From: Paecilomyces variotii
Taxonomy: Eukaryota
Reading direction: 5' to 3' (one strand)
Assembly (NCBI GenBank): GCA_004022145.1
Contig: RCNU01000004.1
DNA: 64,000 nucleotides
Shown: positions 50,922 to 63,936 of the stretch, one piece after another
How positions within the stretch are numbered: the stretch's first letter is position 1
Layout: every line of letters begins with the position of its first letter
Notes under the pieces: model-generated
What the model was told of the DNA's origin: nothing
The model's database searches: none
Seen by the model: the letters and a program-made list of their open reading frames with translations, nothing else
Translations under genes and position numbers: made by a program

Positions 50922-51603
50922 GGGGGATAGGTCAAATGGATGCGCGACGAAATTTGATATTTTTGGTTCTCGGAGTTTCACCGGTTCGGTTCATAAGAGG
51001 ACTGGACCCTGCTGCTGCAAGGTCTATCTCATATAATTCTCTACGGAAAAAAAGAAAGATCGTCTCTGTTCACGTTATCAATGGGCACAATTGTGGCATT
51101 CCTTTTATTGAATACTAACTTTTAATGATAATAATAATAAAAGATATCCAGATATATAAGTAGCAGAAATTAAAGGTTACTTATGTCACAACATCTGTGC
51201 ACTGTAGTTGAAGTTATCCTTAGACTCGGAAAGACTTGTGCTGATAGAAAGTTGAGAACAGATCAGAATAATCATTTGAACAGAGAGGAAATTCAAACTA
51301 AACCAGACCTGGCGAATGGATCCGATGGAATCACCCGTCAAGCACCTTCCTGGCTTAGCAGACAACAAGGCAGCAACATGTGTTTACCTTTTGTTAAATC
51401 TCCTCTTTCTCTCACCTTTTTCTCTCACCTTTTTCTCTCACCTTCATCCCACTTTCATCCTCCTTCTCTTCCAGCGCCCATTTTCGAAATTTCCTCTGCA
51501 ACTTTGCCAGCTGAACCTCCATTACATATATCTCTCTGTATTATTATCCTGGCTTATGACATTTGCTCATGAGAAACTTCGAGCCCTCCCACCAAGTTTG
51601 ATT

Positions 51604-51858
51604 GAAACTGGCAGTTTTATATCACTTTTTAATCTCTTAAACCTCATTTTATACTATCCTTCTAATGTCCCGATCCTTAATCAACTGAATCCTTATAGCT
51701 AAAAATAACTGAGACTTGCAGTTTCAAATCACTTTCTGCTCTCTTAAACCTTATCTTATACTATCCTTCTAACATCCCGATCATTGATCAACCGAATCCT
51801 TACAGCTAAGTACTGTTGAGACTCTCATCTTATCTTCACGTCTTCTACCATGCCTGAC
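51604..51858 (+). repeat. Diverged tandem repeat, 107-bp period (2 full copies and 1 partial)
   Basis: Units start at 51604, 51711 and 51818. The two full copies share CTCTTAAACCT..TTATACTATCCTTCTAA..TCCCGATC..GAATCCTTA.AGCTAA. Confidence 0.85.
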
Positions 51859-52800
51859 AAGTTTGACCGTTTTATGCGCGCTACCAAAGAATTCTTCCAA
51901 CGCGGAAAGGAAAACCCGCAGACTTTTAACAGTAGAAATGTGGACACATTTCTTTCCAAATGGGACAAGCCGGAAAGACCTCCCGTTCTTCCTGCCAGTT
52001 CGCTATCTCTCCCAGTCGTTGAAAAGGTGTTCCACTTGAAGAAGGATCCGCGATACGATGACATCTGGGATTTACGCGAGGAGGATCTCATACCAGTGCC
52101 CGAAGCTCTCCACAAACGACTGGCAGACATATCGTCTACACTTGGCCAGGATCCCAACAATGAGGCGAGCTGCCGTTTGCGGTTGGATGCGATCCTTCTC
52201 GATTGCATAATCGCAGAAAGAGAACTCCTTAGGTCGCCCTTCAACAGCGGAGTAATCAGAGACGACGACAAGCCTATCTCCCTTACACTGGAGAATAATC
52301 TATCTCTCCAGATAGAGTATAAGGGAACGCAGCGTACTCTTCAGGGAAGGTCAGATTATGCCGTGTGGTACGATGCATCCGATGACACAGCTACCAACCT
52401 CGTAGTACTGGAAGCCAAGAACCTAGCCGGTGCAGGTCTCGCACAATGTCTCTGTTATATGGCCATGGTCCATGCCATTCGAAAGCAAGAGCATAAAAAG
52501 AACCAGATCGTTTTCGGCTGCTTTTCGGACGGATACAGGTTTACGTTCCTGCGCATTGACAACGAGTCCCGATGGTCAGAATGGCCTTGCCCCCCGTGGG
52601 GAACTATACATAAGAAGCGCGAAAGTATTATCTATACACACATGCGTCTGATAATACGGAGTGCTGTCCGGACATCACCCAGGTCCTCCCCTGAGAGAGT
52701 CTCCGCGCAGACGGATCATAGACCGCATGCTCGCCCTTATTACGAGCTGCGGATTGGGAGCTCTTCTGACGAACAGCCGACGATGGATAGTGGATGGTAA
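51850..52800 (+). CDS. PD-(D/E)XK restriction-endonuclease-fold protein (putative)
   Basis: Intronless 316 aa. NEASCRLRLD, GRSDYAVW, VVLEAK, LAQCLCYM and VFGCFSDGYRFTFLRI give the E..D..ExK..QxxxY pattern. Confidence 0.75.
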   Translation: MPDKFDRFMRATKEFFQRGKENPQTFNSRNVDTFLSKWDKPERPPVLPASSLSLPVVEKVFHLKKDPRYDDIWDLREEDLIPVPEALHKRLADISSTLGQDPNNEASCRLRLDAILLDCIIAERELLRSPFNSGVIRDDDKPISLTLENNLSLQIEYKGTQRTLQGRSDYAVWYDASDDTATNLVVLEAKNLAGAGLAQCLCYMAMVHAIRKQEHKKNQIVFGCFSDGYRFTFLRIDNESRWSEWPCPPWGTIHKKRESIIYTHMRLIIRSAVRTSPRSSPERVSAQTDHRPHARPYYELRIGSSSDEQPTMDSGW

Positions 52801-53873
52801 TGTCAACCGCCAGGGTCAACACGGGGGAGGTTAGTTTTTTTATACTTTGTCAACGGTCTGTTATCCAGGTTAGAGTGATGGTAGAAGGGAAGGTCGTTGG
52901 AATGCTCTGGGAGAGTGGATGTATCTACCGATCGGTGTGTTATGTGTAGCAAATAATTAGGGTTCCATTGTCTTGACCGCATCATTCAAGTTTCTCTTTG
53001 CAATCCTTTAAATCCGCGTCTTCGCTAGCCGTGTTATCAATATTACCAGTAGAAGGGTCGTTAATTGCCGCGCCAGCCTCCCTAGGTTTGTGGAACCGAT
53101 CTAAATAAATTGCGGGATCCGCTTACTTATGAGACGCCATGTCCGGGCAAGCATGGAAATAAATGTGGGTGACGGTTATCGGAACACGGGTCAGAATTGT
53201 AGTTTAGACGCGGTGGGAATGAATTTTATTATATAAGTCAATTTGCACAGCGTGGTAGTGAGGAGCTCAGTTGGAGAATGTTCGGTTAAATTGATATTTA
53301 ATACTTTGGTTCTGGTTAAATACGTATAGAGAGTACGCTAGTCCCTCGCGCTGGGGGCTGGTAATCACTATCAGTCAAGCTACTGTTGCGAAACAAAGTC
53401 CTGGTGGAATAGGTAAATCTCCTGAATAAGTTCTTTAGTAGGACTAAGAACGTTTGGTCTTGAGATATGAATCATACCTCTGGCTAGTTACCAGTGTGGA
53501 TATATTTACTTACTTAGGTACCTGTTGTGGGAAATCCAAGCACAAACGGACTCAACCAGGTCGGATTCATAATTAGTACATGATTAACAAGTGTTAAAAT
53601 AGACAATATCTGTATGCGCCTTAATGTATGTTTCGATTATGGGGACCTATCGAACTTGGCCGTCACAGTCAAATTTCAGATATCTCGTCCCTGTTGATTT
53701 TACCCGAATTACTTATCTACCGAGAGTCGGTCCCACAGCACGCCAACCAAAAACCCTGTGGGCAAGTATAGATAGGTCCAGCTGCTCGGTCTATTTAATC
53801 ACATAGGTATAAATAATTCGCCAGAGCTTCTATCAATATGCAAATCAACTGACTATCGTCGACCGCAGCCACT

Positions 53874-54961
53874 ATGTCCATGACCGAAGCCGAGTGTGCG
53901 CAAGCCCGGGAAGGCTTCCCCAGGCCCTACCCAGATACGCCTACCAATGTCCTGGAACAGTTTAAAATGACTGGAAAGGTCGTTGTAGTCACTGGAGCTG
54001 CTGAAGGTATTGGATATGCCGTTGCGGAGGCCATGGCGGAGGCGAACGGCGCTGTCGCTTTATGGTATAACTCGTACGTCTGTATTCATTGCCAAATTGC
54101 GCCGTCGATGGCAAGCTCTAGCTAACATCTATTACTCGCTCTGTCTGAAAGAAATGATGTCGCTATCCAAAAAGCAGAGGCTTTGGCTAAGACTCATGGG
54201 GTTAAGGCTGCAGCGTACAAGGTGAATGGTATGTTAATTTATCTTTTTGAAACAAAGAAGCCAAGCTAAGACTGCCTGAAGTATCGGACCACGAAGAAGT
54301 CGAGAAGACCATATCAGATGTGCTCAGAGAATTTGGAAGAATTGATGTTTTTATCGCTAATGCTGGTGAGTTGTCATAATATCTTGCGATGTTAAAGAGA
54401 GAGAGAGAGAAATGAGTAGCTGATAACACTCCAAAGGAGCGGCTATTTCAAAGCCAATACTCGAACAGACACTAGACGAGTATAAGAAGCAGATGTCCGT
54501 TAATGGTAAGCGTTCACATAACCTATCATTTTCCACAGAACATGCTAATGTATCATACAGTTGACGGGGTGGTATACTGCGCCAAGTATGCAGGAGAGGT
54601 GTTCAAGCGCCAGGGCACAGGAAACTTCATCATCACATCGAGTATGAGCGCGCACATTGTAAATGTGCCGGTGGATCAACCCGTATACAATGGGAGTAAG
54701 GCCTTTGTTACTCATTTCGGCAAATGTCTTGCTCGTGAATGGCGAGAGTTTGCCCGAGTGAACATTGTATCCCCAGGCTTCTTCGAGACCAAAATGGGCG
54801 CAAGCCCCCGTGTGATCAACGAGGCTTATCGTATGTCGTCCCTTGGTCGACAAGGTCATGTAAAGGAGATCAAGGGCTTGTACCTTTATCTCGCTAGTGA
54901 TGCCTCTACCTACACCACTGGAAGTGACATGATTATTGACGGTGGCTATGTCCTTCCTTGA
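53874..54961 (+). CDS. SDR, sorbose/L-xylulose reductase or mannitol dehydrogenase-like, 4 introns
   Basis: TGAAEGIG, ALWYNS, FIANAG, SSMSAHIVNVP, YNGSK, RVNIVSPG and IIDGGY. Confidence 0.9.
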
Positions 54962-55450
54962 CGCAAGCATTGAATGAATTATGGTTTTATGGCACCAGGA
55001 AAACCCTTGGCCTAATATACTGGAGGTATTTGTTGATTCTAGATAGTGTATATAGTGAGGGAGATTTCTATTTACAAGATAAGACTTCCCAAATTATGAA
55101 CTTCTATAAGCGCGATGTAAGTCTATAAACGGTGAATAAGATACCAGATACTGGTTAACTAACTAGTATCTCCTAATCGGAATAAAGTCAACCGAGGTGT
55201 ACCAAGTCGGGCGGGGGACGTCGGCGAGCTGCGCTCCGGAGCTCTCTGTATTCCAAGATACATACATGAGGGGTCGATGAGCAAGATGGACTGAGACCAG
55301 ACACGCCATAATCATATTACCATCTGAAATCAGAGCATAATAACTAATATATAGAGCCTATTCGGGTTCCCGCCCCCGTCTTTCTTGTGCAGTGGTACGT
55401 CTCGCTATTTATTATTATCCAGTGTTCCCTAATCCGGGGATCTATTGGAA

Positions 55451-56362
55451 ATGTCGGGGTCAACGGAGCTACCAGGGCGTGATGCCCTCACGCAGCGAGC
55501 TATCCCATCGATGGTACTGAGTGATGGAAGCCCGTCTTCCATGACACCGCCCCCTAAAGCAGAGATTGCGAAACATTCCACTACAGGAGCACAACAGAGG
55601 TTCTCAGTCCAAGGTAATGCAGTCGTTACTGGAGGGACTGGAACCTTAGGCCTATACGCCTGCGATGCACTTCTCGAACATGGTCTCAGCGGCCTGATGA
55701 TCTTGGACATGAATGCAACGAACTCGCAGAAAGAAATAGACGAGCTGAGACCAAAATTCCCGAAAGCTACGATCTCTGCATTAGCAGTCGATGTCACCGA
55801 CGAAGGGGCTGTTGAATCAGCACTCGACGAGACAACCAAAGTATTGGGATCGATTGATATTCTGCTCTGCTTCGCTGGGGTCGTTGGCTGCGTGGAGACA
55901 CTCGAAATGCCGGTTTCACAGTGGCGGAAGGTTATCGACATTAATACTACAGGTACATTTATCTGCGCTCAGGCCGTGGCACGACGTATGGTTGCTCAAG
56001 GAACTGGCGGCTCTATAACCTTCATTGCGTCCATCTCAGCCCATCGGGTCAACTTTCCCCAGCCTCAAGCTGCATACAACGTCAGCAAAGCAGCGCTGCT
56101 CTCGTTGAAAAATTGCCTTGCTGCAAAATGGGCTCGGTATGGCATCCGTACGAACAGCATTAGCCCGGGATACATGGACACCATTCTGAATGAGGGAGAT
56201 GGCATTGCTGGGCATCGGAAGATTTGGGCCTCGCGCAATCCCAGTGGAAGGATGGGCGCCCCAACTGAACTCACGGGGGCAGTTGTACTACTTGCAAGCT
56301 GCGCTGGTACGTACATCAATGGTACAGATATTGTTGTTGATGGCGGCGCAATTGTCTTTTAG
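55451..56362 (+). CDS. SDR, D-arabinitol dehydrogenase/sorbose reductase-like
   Basis: TGGTGTLG, ASISAHRVNFPQPQAAYNVSK, NSISPGYMDT and VVDGG. Intronless. Confidence 0.9.
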   Translation: MSGSTELPGRDALTQRAIPSMVLSDGSPSSMTPPPKAEIAKHSTTGAQQRFSVQGNAVVTGGTGTLGLYACDALLEHGLSGLMILDMNATNSQKEIDELRPKFPKATISALAVDVTDEGAVESALDETTKVLGSIDILLCFAGVVGCVETLEMPVSQWRKVIDINTTGTFICAQAVARRMVAQGTGGSITFIASISAHRVNFPQPQAAYNVSKAALLSLKNCLAAKWARYGIRTNSISPGYMDTILNEGDGIAGHRKIWASRNPSGRMGAPTELTGAVVLLASCAGTYINGTDIVVDGGAIVF

Positions 56363-57809
56363 ATGCAGAATTTCGGCTATGTGAAATAGGTTACTATGAG
56401 AATGCTCTTTTTCTCTGTCTTTTCCCTTTCTTTTAAGATACTGGTTGATACTAAATGCACGTAGCCTTAGTACGAGAGGAAAACCCGCAGTGTCTTTCAG
56501 GCAGATTTGAGTTGACAAATAGAGGATCAGCGTCTTGATTCCCTCTTCACTCAGCCTGAACGACATTATTAAGATAGTTTTTCCCGGTTGTTTGCCTGTT
56601 GTTCTATGTAGTTTCCAAAACCTGCGCACGGACTCTAGTTATATATATGGCTGGATATTGTACATACGAAGACCGAAAGATTCTCGCCACATTAAACGGT
56701 CTCTACAGTCTAGAAAAACTATCGCGTCATCTGAGCCATAGGAAAAAAAAAAATAAATCAATAAGAACGCATGAGAATGACGTCGAGAGAGAGATTGAAC
56801 CGTTGTCTACAGCGGCGAATTGTATCCATGTCTATTCCATAGCCCCAATAAGTCTACATTGCACTGCCCTGATCCGCTACGCGCCCGGTCAAACATCCGG
56901 CGAGCCGGCCAACCTATCGTGTTGCATCTATGTTGTTGGTTCTCAAACCGATGGCGTTGGCTCTGTAGTCAGCGCCCAATCTGATAAATAAACAGTTTGA
57001 TGATCACTGAGAAAAGCGCAAATCATGCGGTACAAATGGATATATCGGGCGGAATTGAGCGCCACTGATTTTACTCCATAGCTCACGAGCACAGAAACGA
57101 TTCGGACGTGTTCGAAATGCCTCGAGGCAGGAGCACCTTAAGGCACAGGAAGAGAAATAATGTAGATCCTCTTCAGTCAGTCCATCGTGTATGATTGAGA
57201 GATGCAAATTTCGGACATGTTGTCTGGACAGGCTTCATTCCGGCATGTCATGCATATCCCTGCTGGACCATACAAACCAGCCACAACATGAATTTCATGC
57301 ACCGTGGCGCGGCTCTCCAAGTATCCTATCTGGTCAAATCCCCTTCTGAGAGACTCTTATCAATGATCCATTAGTAGCTATTCTGCCTATTTGTCCCCGT
57401 TGGTCCTTCGTGATGCGCCGCACTGAGCCTCCTTCTAGCCTCTAAGTATTGTGGTCGTGCGGGAGTTCCCGCAGTGTTTCGGGGGTACCTGCACTACCCT
57501 ACAAGTGACTATCAGTAACTGTGATATATAAAACAGCTTTAATAGATCTCTAAGTCCCTCTATTGTACTGTGTATAGATTTTCTCCTCATTTTATTACAA
57601 AGAAGGCATTTTATAAGTCAACCCAGTGTTTCACACAACCCTTTTCGAGCTATATTTATTATAACGCGCATACTGTCGTCCTGCGTCCCCAGCTGCAGAT
57701 ATAATCACACATTCTTTTCAGAGCATATTCTATATTTATAGTCTACCTTTTTTTTCTTTTCCCAATGTGCATACCTGCTATCTGCGGCTACCACCCCGCA
57801 GAGCCTAAG

Positions 57810-59352
57810 ATGTCCTTGTGGCGGCGGGGCGCCTCTGCCCTGGAGACTTTGGTCCAGATTCTTCCGTTTTATAGAAAAGATGACGCCGATAAAGACCAGA
57901 TTATCAAGGTAGGATATTGACGACCTAAGAGTTCACATACCAGTGTGATATTCTCATATATCTGGGCTGACAAATAGCGTTAGAACCTCACGGCTGAGAA
58001 CATACATTTGAAACGCCAACTACGGAACAGAAGTATGGACTTGATAGACCAAATCAGTAGCAGGCGACAGTGGCAGAAGCGGGCATTAGAAGCCGAGAGG
58101 TCTTTGGTTAGTAGCCTTAGCCTTTATCTATCGGTGTTGGACTCTACTAACTGTTAAAAATCACAGACTAGGAATCCGTTCGTAGTCCTCCTGATAGATG
58201 GCGACGGCTACATCTTCGAGAATAGATTCGTCAGCGATCGTGAGGCAGGCGCTATCAAAGCCGCTCAAGAGCTCTACGCTTTCTTCCGTGATTCTGTTCG
58301 CGAAGTTCATACCAACGACGAGGGGTTTTCCCTGGATTTCGAAGTTGCTATCCGTATATATGTGAACAAGACGGGACTGGCCACCGCGATGGTTGAAGCT
58401 GGCATCATCGACAACCCGGAACAAATGAACAGCTTCTTCGTTAGATTGACCCAGTCACACCCATTAATCGACGTCGTGGATTGCGGAGGTGGGAAGGAAA
58501 GAGCAGACGAGAAGATTCGAGGTATGTCCGTCATGGCTCTATGAAAGGATGAGGATAAGCGTGTATCTAACCGTCACTGTAGAGCAGTACAGACATTATA
58601 CTTCCATTGCCAACTGCAAACATGTCTCGGTTGCATGCTGCCACGATAGTGGATACGTTCCGTTTCTGGAGAAGTTCCAGAAATGCGACGATGGGAAAGA
58701 GAAGACATCACTGTTTGCAACGGGTGTGAATGTTCATGCGAGTTTCTCAACGCTCGAATTTAAGCGCATAATCTGCGAAGATATCTTTCGCAAAACACCC
58801 AACTTCACGAAGACCCAGAGACACTCTGCGACATATGCCCAGATAATTGGCTCGAAGCCAGCGCTGCCATCACCTCGGTCACCAAATGGCTGTTCGCCTG
58901 TATCGTCATCTGGAACAGATATTTCGCGCTATTCTTCGAGCAGGAGTCCTATCCGGGTTCAGTCACCATCAACGCCCACGGTCCCTGTTAATCGATATGG
59001 TCAGCGCGTGGACATCAGTCTTGATATGCCATCAGAGGTGTGTTTTAATCGGCTTAGAAAGCGCACCAAGAACGGGCAGCTATGTGCGGAGTTCCATCTG
59101 AATGGCAAATGTTCTCAGGGAAAGGGATGCCAGCTTGACCACAATCAACTCAAGGCGGGCGTCAAGGAAGCATTACAATATTCACTGCGTGCCACTGCAT
59201 GTAAGAGGGGTCTGGGATGTCGTAAAGCAGACTGCTATTATGGGCATCATTGCCCTGCTCCCGGCTGTGGTGCGAGGCCCTCTTGCGAGTTCGGAGGAAT
59301 GCACGGTATCGACCAGACCATTGCCAAACATGTTCCCGCTGTTTCTTCCTGA
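57810..59352 (+). CDS. Coiled-coil + NYN/PIN-like domain + tandem CCCH zinc finger protein, 3 introns
   Basis: Spliced frame gives NPFVVLLIDGDGYIF, GKERADEKIR, CCHDSGY, CAEFHLNGKC..C..H and CKRGLGCRKADCYYGH. Alternative in-frame ATG at 57765. Confidence 0.82.
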
Positions 59353-60581
59353 TTAGTACTAACTTAAAGACCATTTATTTGTTATCAACTGCCTATACGG
59401 AATTTCCTTGATTAGCAAATTTTCATGGTACGTACATCTGAACGATTATGCAAGCAAGATATAGAGAATGAAGTACATACACATATTGCTTTCAGCGGGT
59501 GAATGAAACAATCCTCGACTAGATTTATCAGCGGAATCGATGCTTTTCGTTTCTGAGTAGGAATAGCGCAAAAACGTAGAGATGCTTTCCCCGGGTATTA
59601 GTTAGTTTTTCTGTTGCGAGACCAAGGATATATCCCTTTCGCATGGATGTAGATCTGCGTTTGATGACTGTAAATGCACCATTACTGTCTACTGCGTGGT
59701 GTTCAACTGGATATTTCGAGGCACGCCTTCGGAGATATACCCTAGGCACCTATTGGATTGATAATAATGGACACGGGCGACTTATTAATGATATTACACT
59801 AATCTGATCTGCATTATTATTAAATTACGCGCCCTTCTACGTGCCACGGGCCGATCGTGGCCAATCAAGACATCACTGTCAGCGCTAAATAAAGACTGGC
59901 CCCTAAGATCGAGGATGGTATTTTTAGCCCTTCGCATTCTGGATTGGGATATATATACAGACCGCCATTCCGTTTATGGTGCAACGTGAGCAGATTTAAT
60001 CCAAGGGCAGTGCATATTTCTTCCACATCAGGAAAATGGGCGTTTCGACCCGGCGCTTCAGTGTCGGCGTGATTGGATCAACGTTTCTGCTAAGCCTTCG
60101 TTTCAAACGCAGCCTGGAGCCGAGTGGCTGCTCATTTTTACTTACATCGAATGCTCAGCTGAAGCTAGATGCAGCCGAAAAAGCCGCTCGTCTCTCTGCA
60201 TCCATAACCGTCATTTCCGGTGGTTATTCTGGGGACTGGATGGTTGGTTGACAAATCGAGGTTGACACGCCTTTTCTGTTGGGTGAATGCGATGGTCCTT
60301 GTGGGTATGTATTTCTGGGGAGGCGCAGTAGAGGGTTGCTTTTTTCTTTGTATAAAATGACCGCGATTTCTCTCTCCCTCAAAGAATTAGTTAGCTAGTC
60401 ATTTAAACTTACTAACGGCCATAACGACTTTTGCATTTACTTCATTGCCTTTTTTTACTTCTATTGATTTCTGCATTTGCTACTTAATAGATAAAGACGT
60501 TACACTTGATTACCTGCTTCCTTTTTTTCTAACAAGGTTATTACCAACATAAACAACATTACACCAGATCACAAAATCGTC

Positions 60582-61718
60582 ATGCGTTCCTGGATCACCA
60601 CTGCAACAGCCATCCTTGGCTTCTCTTCAACTTTAGCAATAGCAGCTCCCGCCGTGCCGAGATCTGTCAATTTCAGTCCATTGCCACTGCGTAATGGCTT
60701 CCCGAATCCCAACCAGACTGAAACCAAGCAGATTCAGAAGCAGGCCTTCGGAACGTTGCCCAACGGTGCAGTGCCATCAAACATCAGCGCGGAAGGACTG
60801 AATAACCTGCGTGTCATTGCTTTAAATGAGCTCTTCGAAGTAGCTTTCTTCACTCAGTTGCTGTTCAACGTGACACATGATGTGCCCGGGTATACCGTCA
60901 AGGACAAGGATTCAAAGGCATTTTTAGTGCAGACTCTCACGGCTGTGCAAGCTGTAAGTGAAACTAGATACATGGACTGCATAGTATCTGACTGACTATC
61001 CGAATAGCAAGAAGAGCTTCATGCACTCAACGCCAATGGAGTATTGAAACACTTTGGCGCAGCCCCCATCCAGCCTTGTCGATACAACTTCCCTGTTTCG
61101 GATCTTCAATCTGCTCTCACGCTCGCTGGAACATTCACCTCCGTTGTTCTCGGTACTCTGCAAGACGTGATCCAGATCTTCGCACAGAATGGTGACGCAC
61201 CTCTCACAACTGGCATTGCCTCAGTCATTGGACAGGAAGGCGAACAAGAAGGCTGGTATCGTCTCCTGCAGGGCAAGATCCCGAATGAACTCCCCTTCTT
61301 AACCGCAAGCACCCGCGACTTCGCTGTCAATGCGCTTAATCAAACCTTCTTCGTTCCTGGATCGTGCCCGAATCTGCAAACCATCAAGACCAAGACTTTC
61401 GAGCCGCTCACGCTACTTGATACTCCCAAGGCGAAGACGGAGTCTATTCGCTTCAGTTTTCAGAATTCGACATCTGTATCGGCTAAGGACCTTAGACTTG
61501 TTTACATCAATCAGCAGAACAACCCCATCGTGAAGAACTTCAAGGTCGTTGAGAAGGAAGAAAATACTGTCACGATCGAGGCTACGTTCCCATACGACGC
61601 GTATCTCTTGAATGGGTTGACTATCGCAGTTCTAGCGGATGCGAACAAGTCTCTGAACAGCTTGCAGAATGTCTCTGATGCGACAAAGTTCGGACCTGCG
61701 TTGATCATTGTAAATTGA
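60582..61718 (+). CDS. Secreted ferritin-like late sexual development protein (LsdA/Rds1-like), 1 intron
   Basis: Signal peptide, GFPNP..AFGTLPN, NELFEVAFF, QA|QEELHAL, VLGTLQD, IGQEGEQEG and PFLT. Confidence 0.8.
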
Positions 61719-62735
61719 ATTCACAATTTAGAGGGATGATAGTTGAGAGTGTGGAGTGGATATGAGACGGCAATTCGACGGGAAGCTTTTATGTCCAGTA
61801 TATCGGGGTTCTTCTATTTCTGATTTTGGGTCTTACTAGTCCGGTCATGTGGCTCCTTGCGAACCAATTGTTAGTATTCTCTGATGTTTTTTTTTTTATC
61901 AGTTTTCTAGGTACTGCCTCTACTTCTTCAAGAGTGAATTAGACGTTTCCTCAACATCGAAGGATATACTTGATTCTTGGAGCCTTCATGTCACCCAAGC
62001 CCCCGATTGTAGGCAGGCTATAGTATATGGACTCACCCCTCTTATATGTATATTCGTAATCTGAAACAGCAGCTCCAAAGGCAAGTCTTTTCACATGGCG
62101 TTGATCAGATAATCTGATGGAAAGCGAAGACATCCCAGAAGAGAGTGGTAGAAAGGGGATTATCAGAAACCCAAATATAGAGAGTTTATTGGATACCGCT
62201 GTTACCAATCGTTACTGTGATTAGATGTTGGTGTAATTGGAAACTCTCGGCCTCAGTTTAATACTTTGTAAGGGCTCCTGGTTCATAGTTTGGCGTGTCT
62301 ACCTAGAGGCTAGATCGTGTACGGAAGGGGGCTCGGATCCCTAGCATCCAGACTTTCTACACCCGTGGTTTGCCAGTTGGCCTGACTGATCCGTGCTCGT
62401 CATGATAGGAATCATTGCTTGATTACCTGCTGTGTTAAACACTCTAACTCATCTCTGAAACAAGCCGCGACGTTGGTGCATCTCAATGGATACCAAATGA
62501 CCACAACCGTACCTTGGTCACATTGCAAATAGAATGAATACGCTGGTAATCATAGAACGTCTGAACTGTTGGCTTCGGAACCTTCAAGGAGCTACTACAA
62601 CAGTCTGCTACAAAAAGAACAGGTATTCGTAGAGAGTACAAAGGAGCAACGCGTTCTATTCTATATCTATATCTAAAATTGATTATATGCACGCCGTGCA
62701 AACAGATCTCATTACAGATCTCATTAACCGTCCAA

Positions 62736-63936
62736 CTATTGTTCGTTGACCAGAACGTAACGGAATCGGGCCTTGCCCTCCTCCATATCGACGATCGCCT
62801 TATTAGCGTCCTTCATCGGGATCTCCTCGATCCATGGCTTGATGTTGTGCTCCGCAACAAGCTTGTACATGTCCCGAATATCCGCAGGGCTGCCAATTCC
62901 GGATCCTCCCAGCTTAGCACCGCGCAGCAGTTTGAAGACAGGGACAGAAAGAGCACCATCATCCGGAAGACCGACCTGGATGAAGGTGCCATTGGTGGCA
63001 AGAAGTTCGAGGTAGTCTTCCAACGGCATCTGTACCACATGTTAGCGTGCAAAGTAATAGTACGGAGCGGGTTTCACTTTAGCGAACCTTTGCCGACGAG
63101 ACAGTGCAAATAATGAGGTCAAGGCTACGCGAGTGCTTCTTAGACCAGTCCGCGTCCTCTGCCGTGGCGATGTACTCGTCCGCGCCCAACTTGAGGGCAT
63201 CCGCCTTCTTGTCAGCCTTGCGCGAGATCGCAACGACCTTGTCTGCTCCCATGGCCTTGGCAAACAAGACACCAAAGTGACCGAGTCCGCCAACACCGAT
63301 AATGCCAACCCTCTTTCCTGGACCACAGCCGTTCTCCTTTAGAGGGCTATACACGGTGACACCACCGCACAACATAGGGGCAGCATCTGCCGACGGGATT
63401 GAGTCGGGGATCTTGATGACGAAGTGCGAAGGGCATCGGTTGTACAAGGCATATCCACCATAGGACTTGCCGCCGTTCAAGTGTATGCCATTGTAGGTTC
63501 CGACTTTGTGCTTGTTGCAGTAATGCTCCAGTCCCATAGCACATTCAGGGCAGTCACCCAAGCGTCCGCGGCAAGAGTCGCTCTGAGCGCCAACACCCAC
63601 GCGGTCGCCAACCTTGATACCGCCCTCCGCCTTGGAACCGACACGGACAGCGATACCGACAAGCTCGTGACCAACGCAGCATGGGTACTTTGCTGGACCC
63701 TGTACGATGGTCAGTTTTATTTGCTATTAAGCCACCCTTTGATCTCTTGATGGGCTTACCCAGCCGCTTCTCAATGTGTGCAGATCTGACCCGCAGATTC
63801 CACAGTGGGTTATCTTGATATCGACATCTGTCTCTTCCCATGCTTTCGGCTCAAATTCCTGCCAGACCATTTTGCCGTCGGCCGAGCTCTGGTCAAGGCC
63901 CATCCAGCCCTCGAACTTGTAGTCTGTCTGCGCCAT
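62736..63936 (-). CDS. NADP-dependent Zn alcohol dehydrogenase (CAD/ADH6-like), 2 introns
   Basis: CGICGSDLH, CVGHE, APMLCGGVTVYSPL, GVGGLGH and ARFRYVL. Confidence 0.94.

Noticed and set aside
51177-53131. 9-bp direct repeat TTACTTATG (51177-51185, 53123-53131) bracketing the nuclease gene as a possible TSD
   Set aside because: No TIRs or other end structure, and an AT-rich 9-mer match across loosely chosen flanks is plausible by chance. It needs an empty-site allele.
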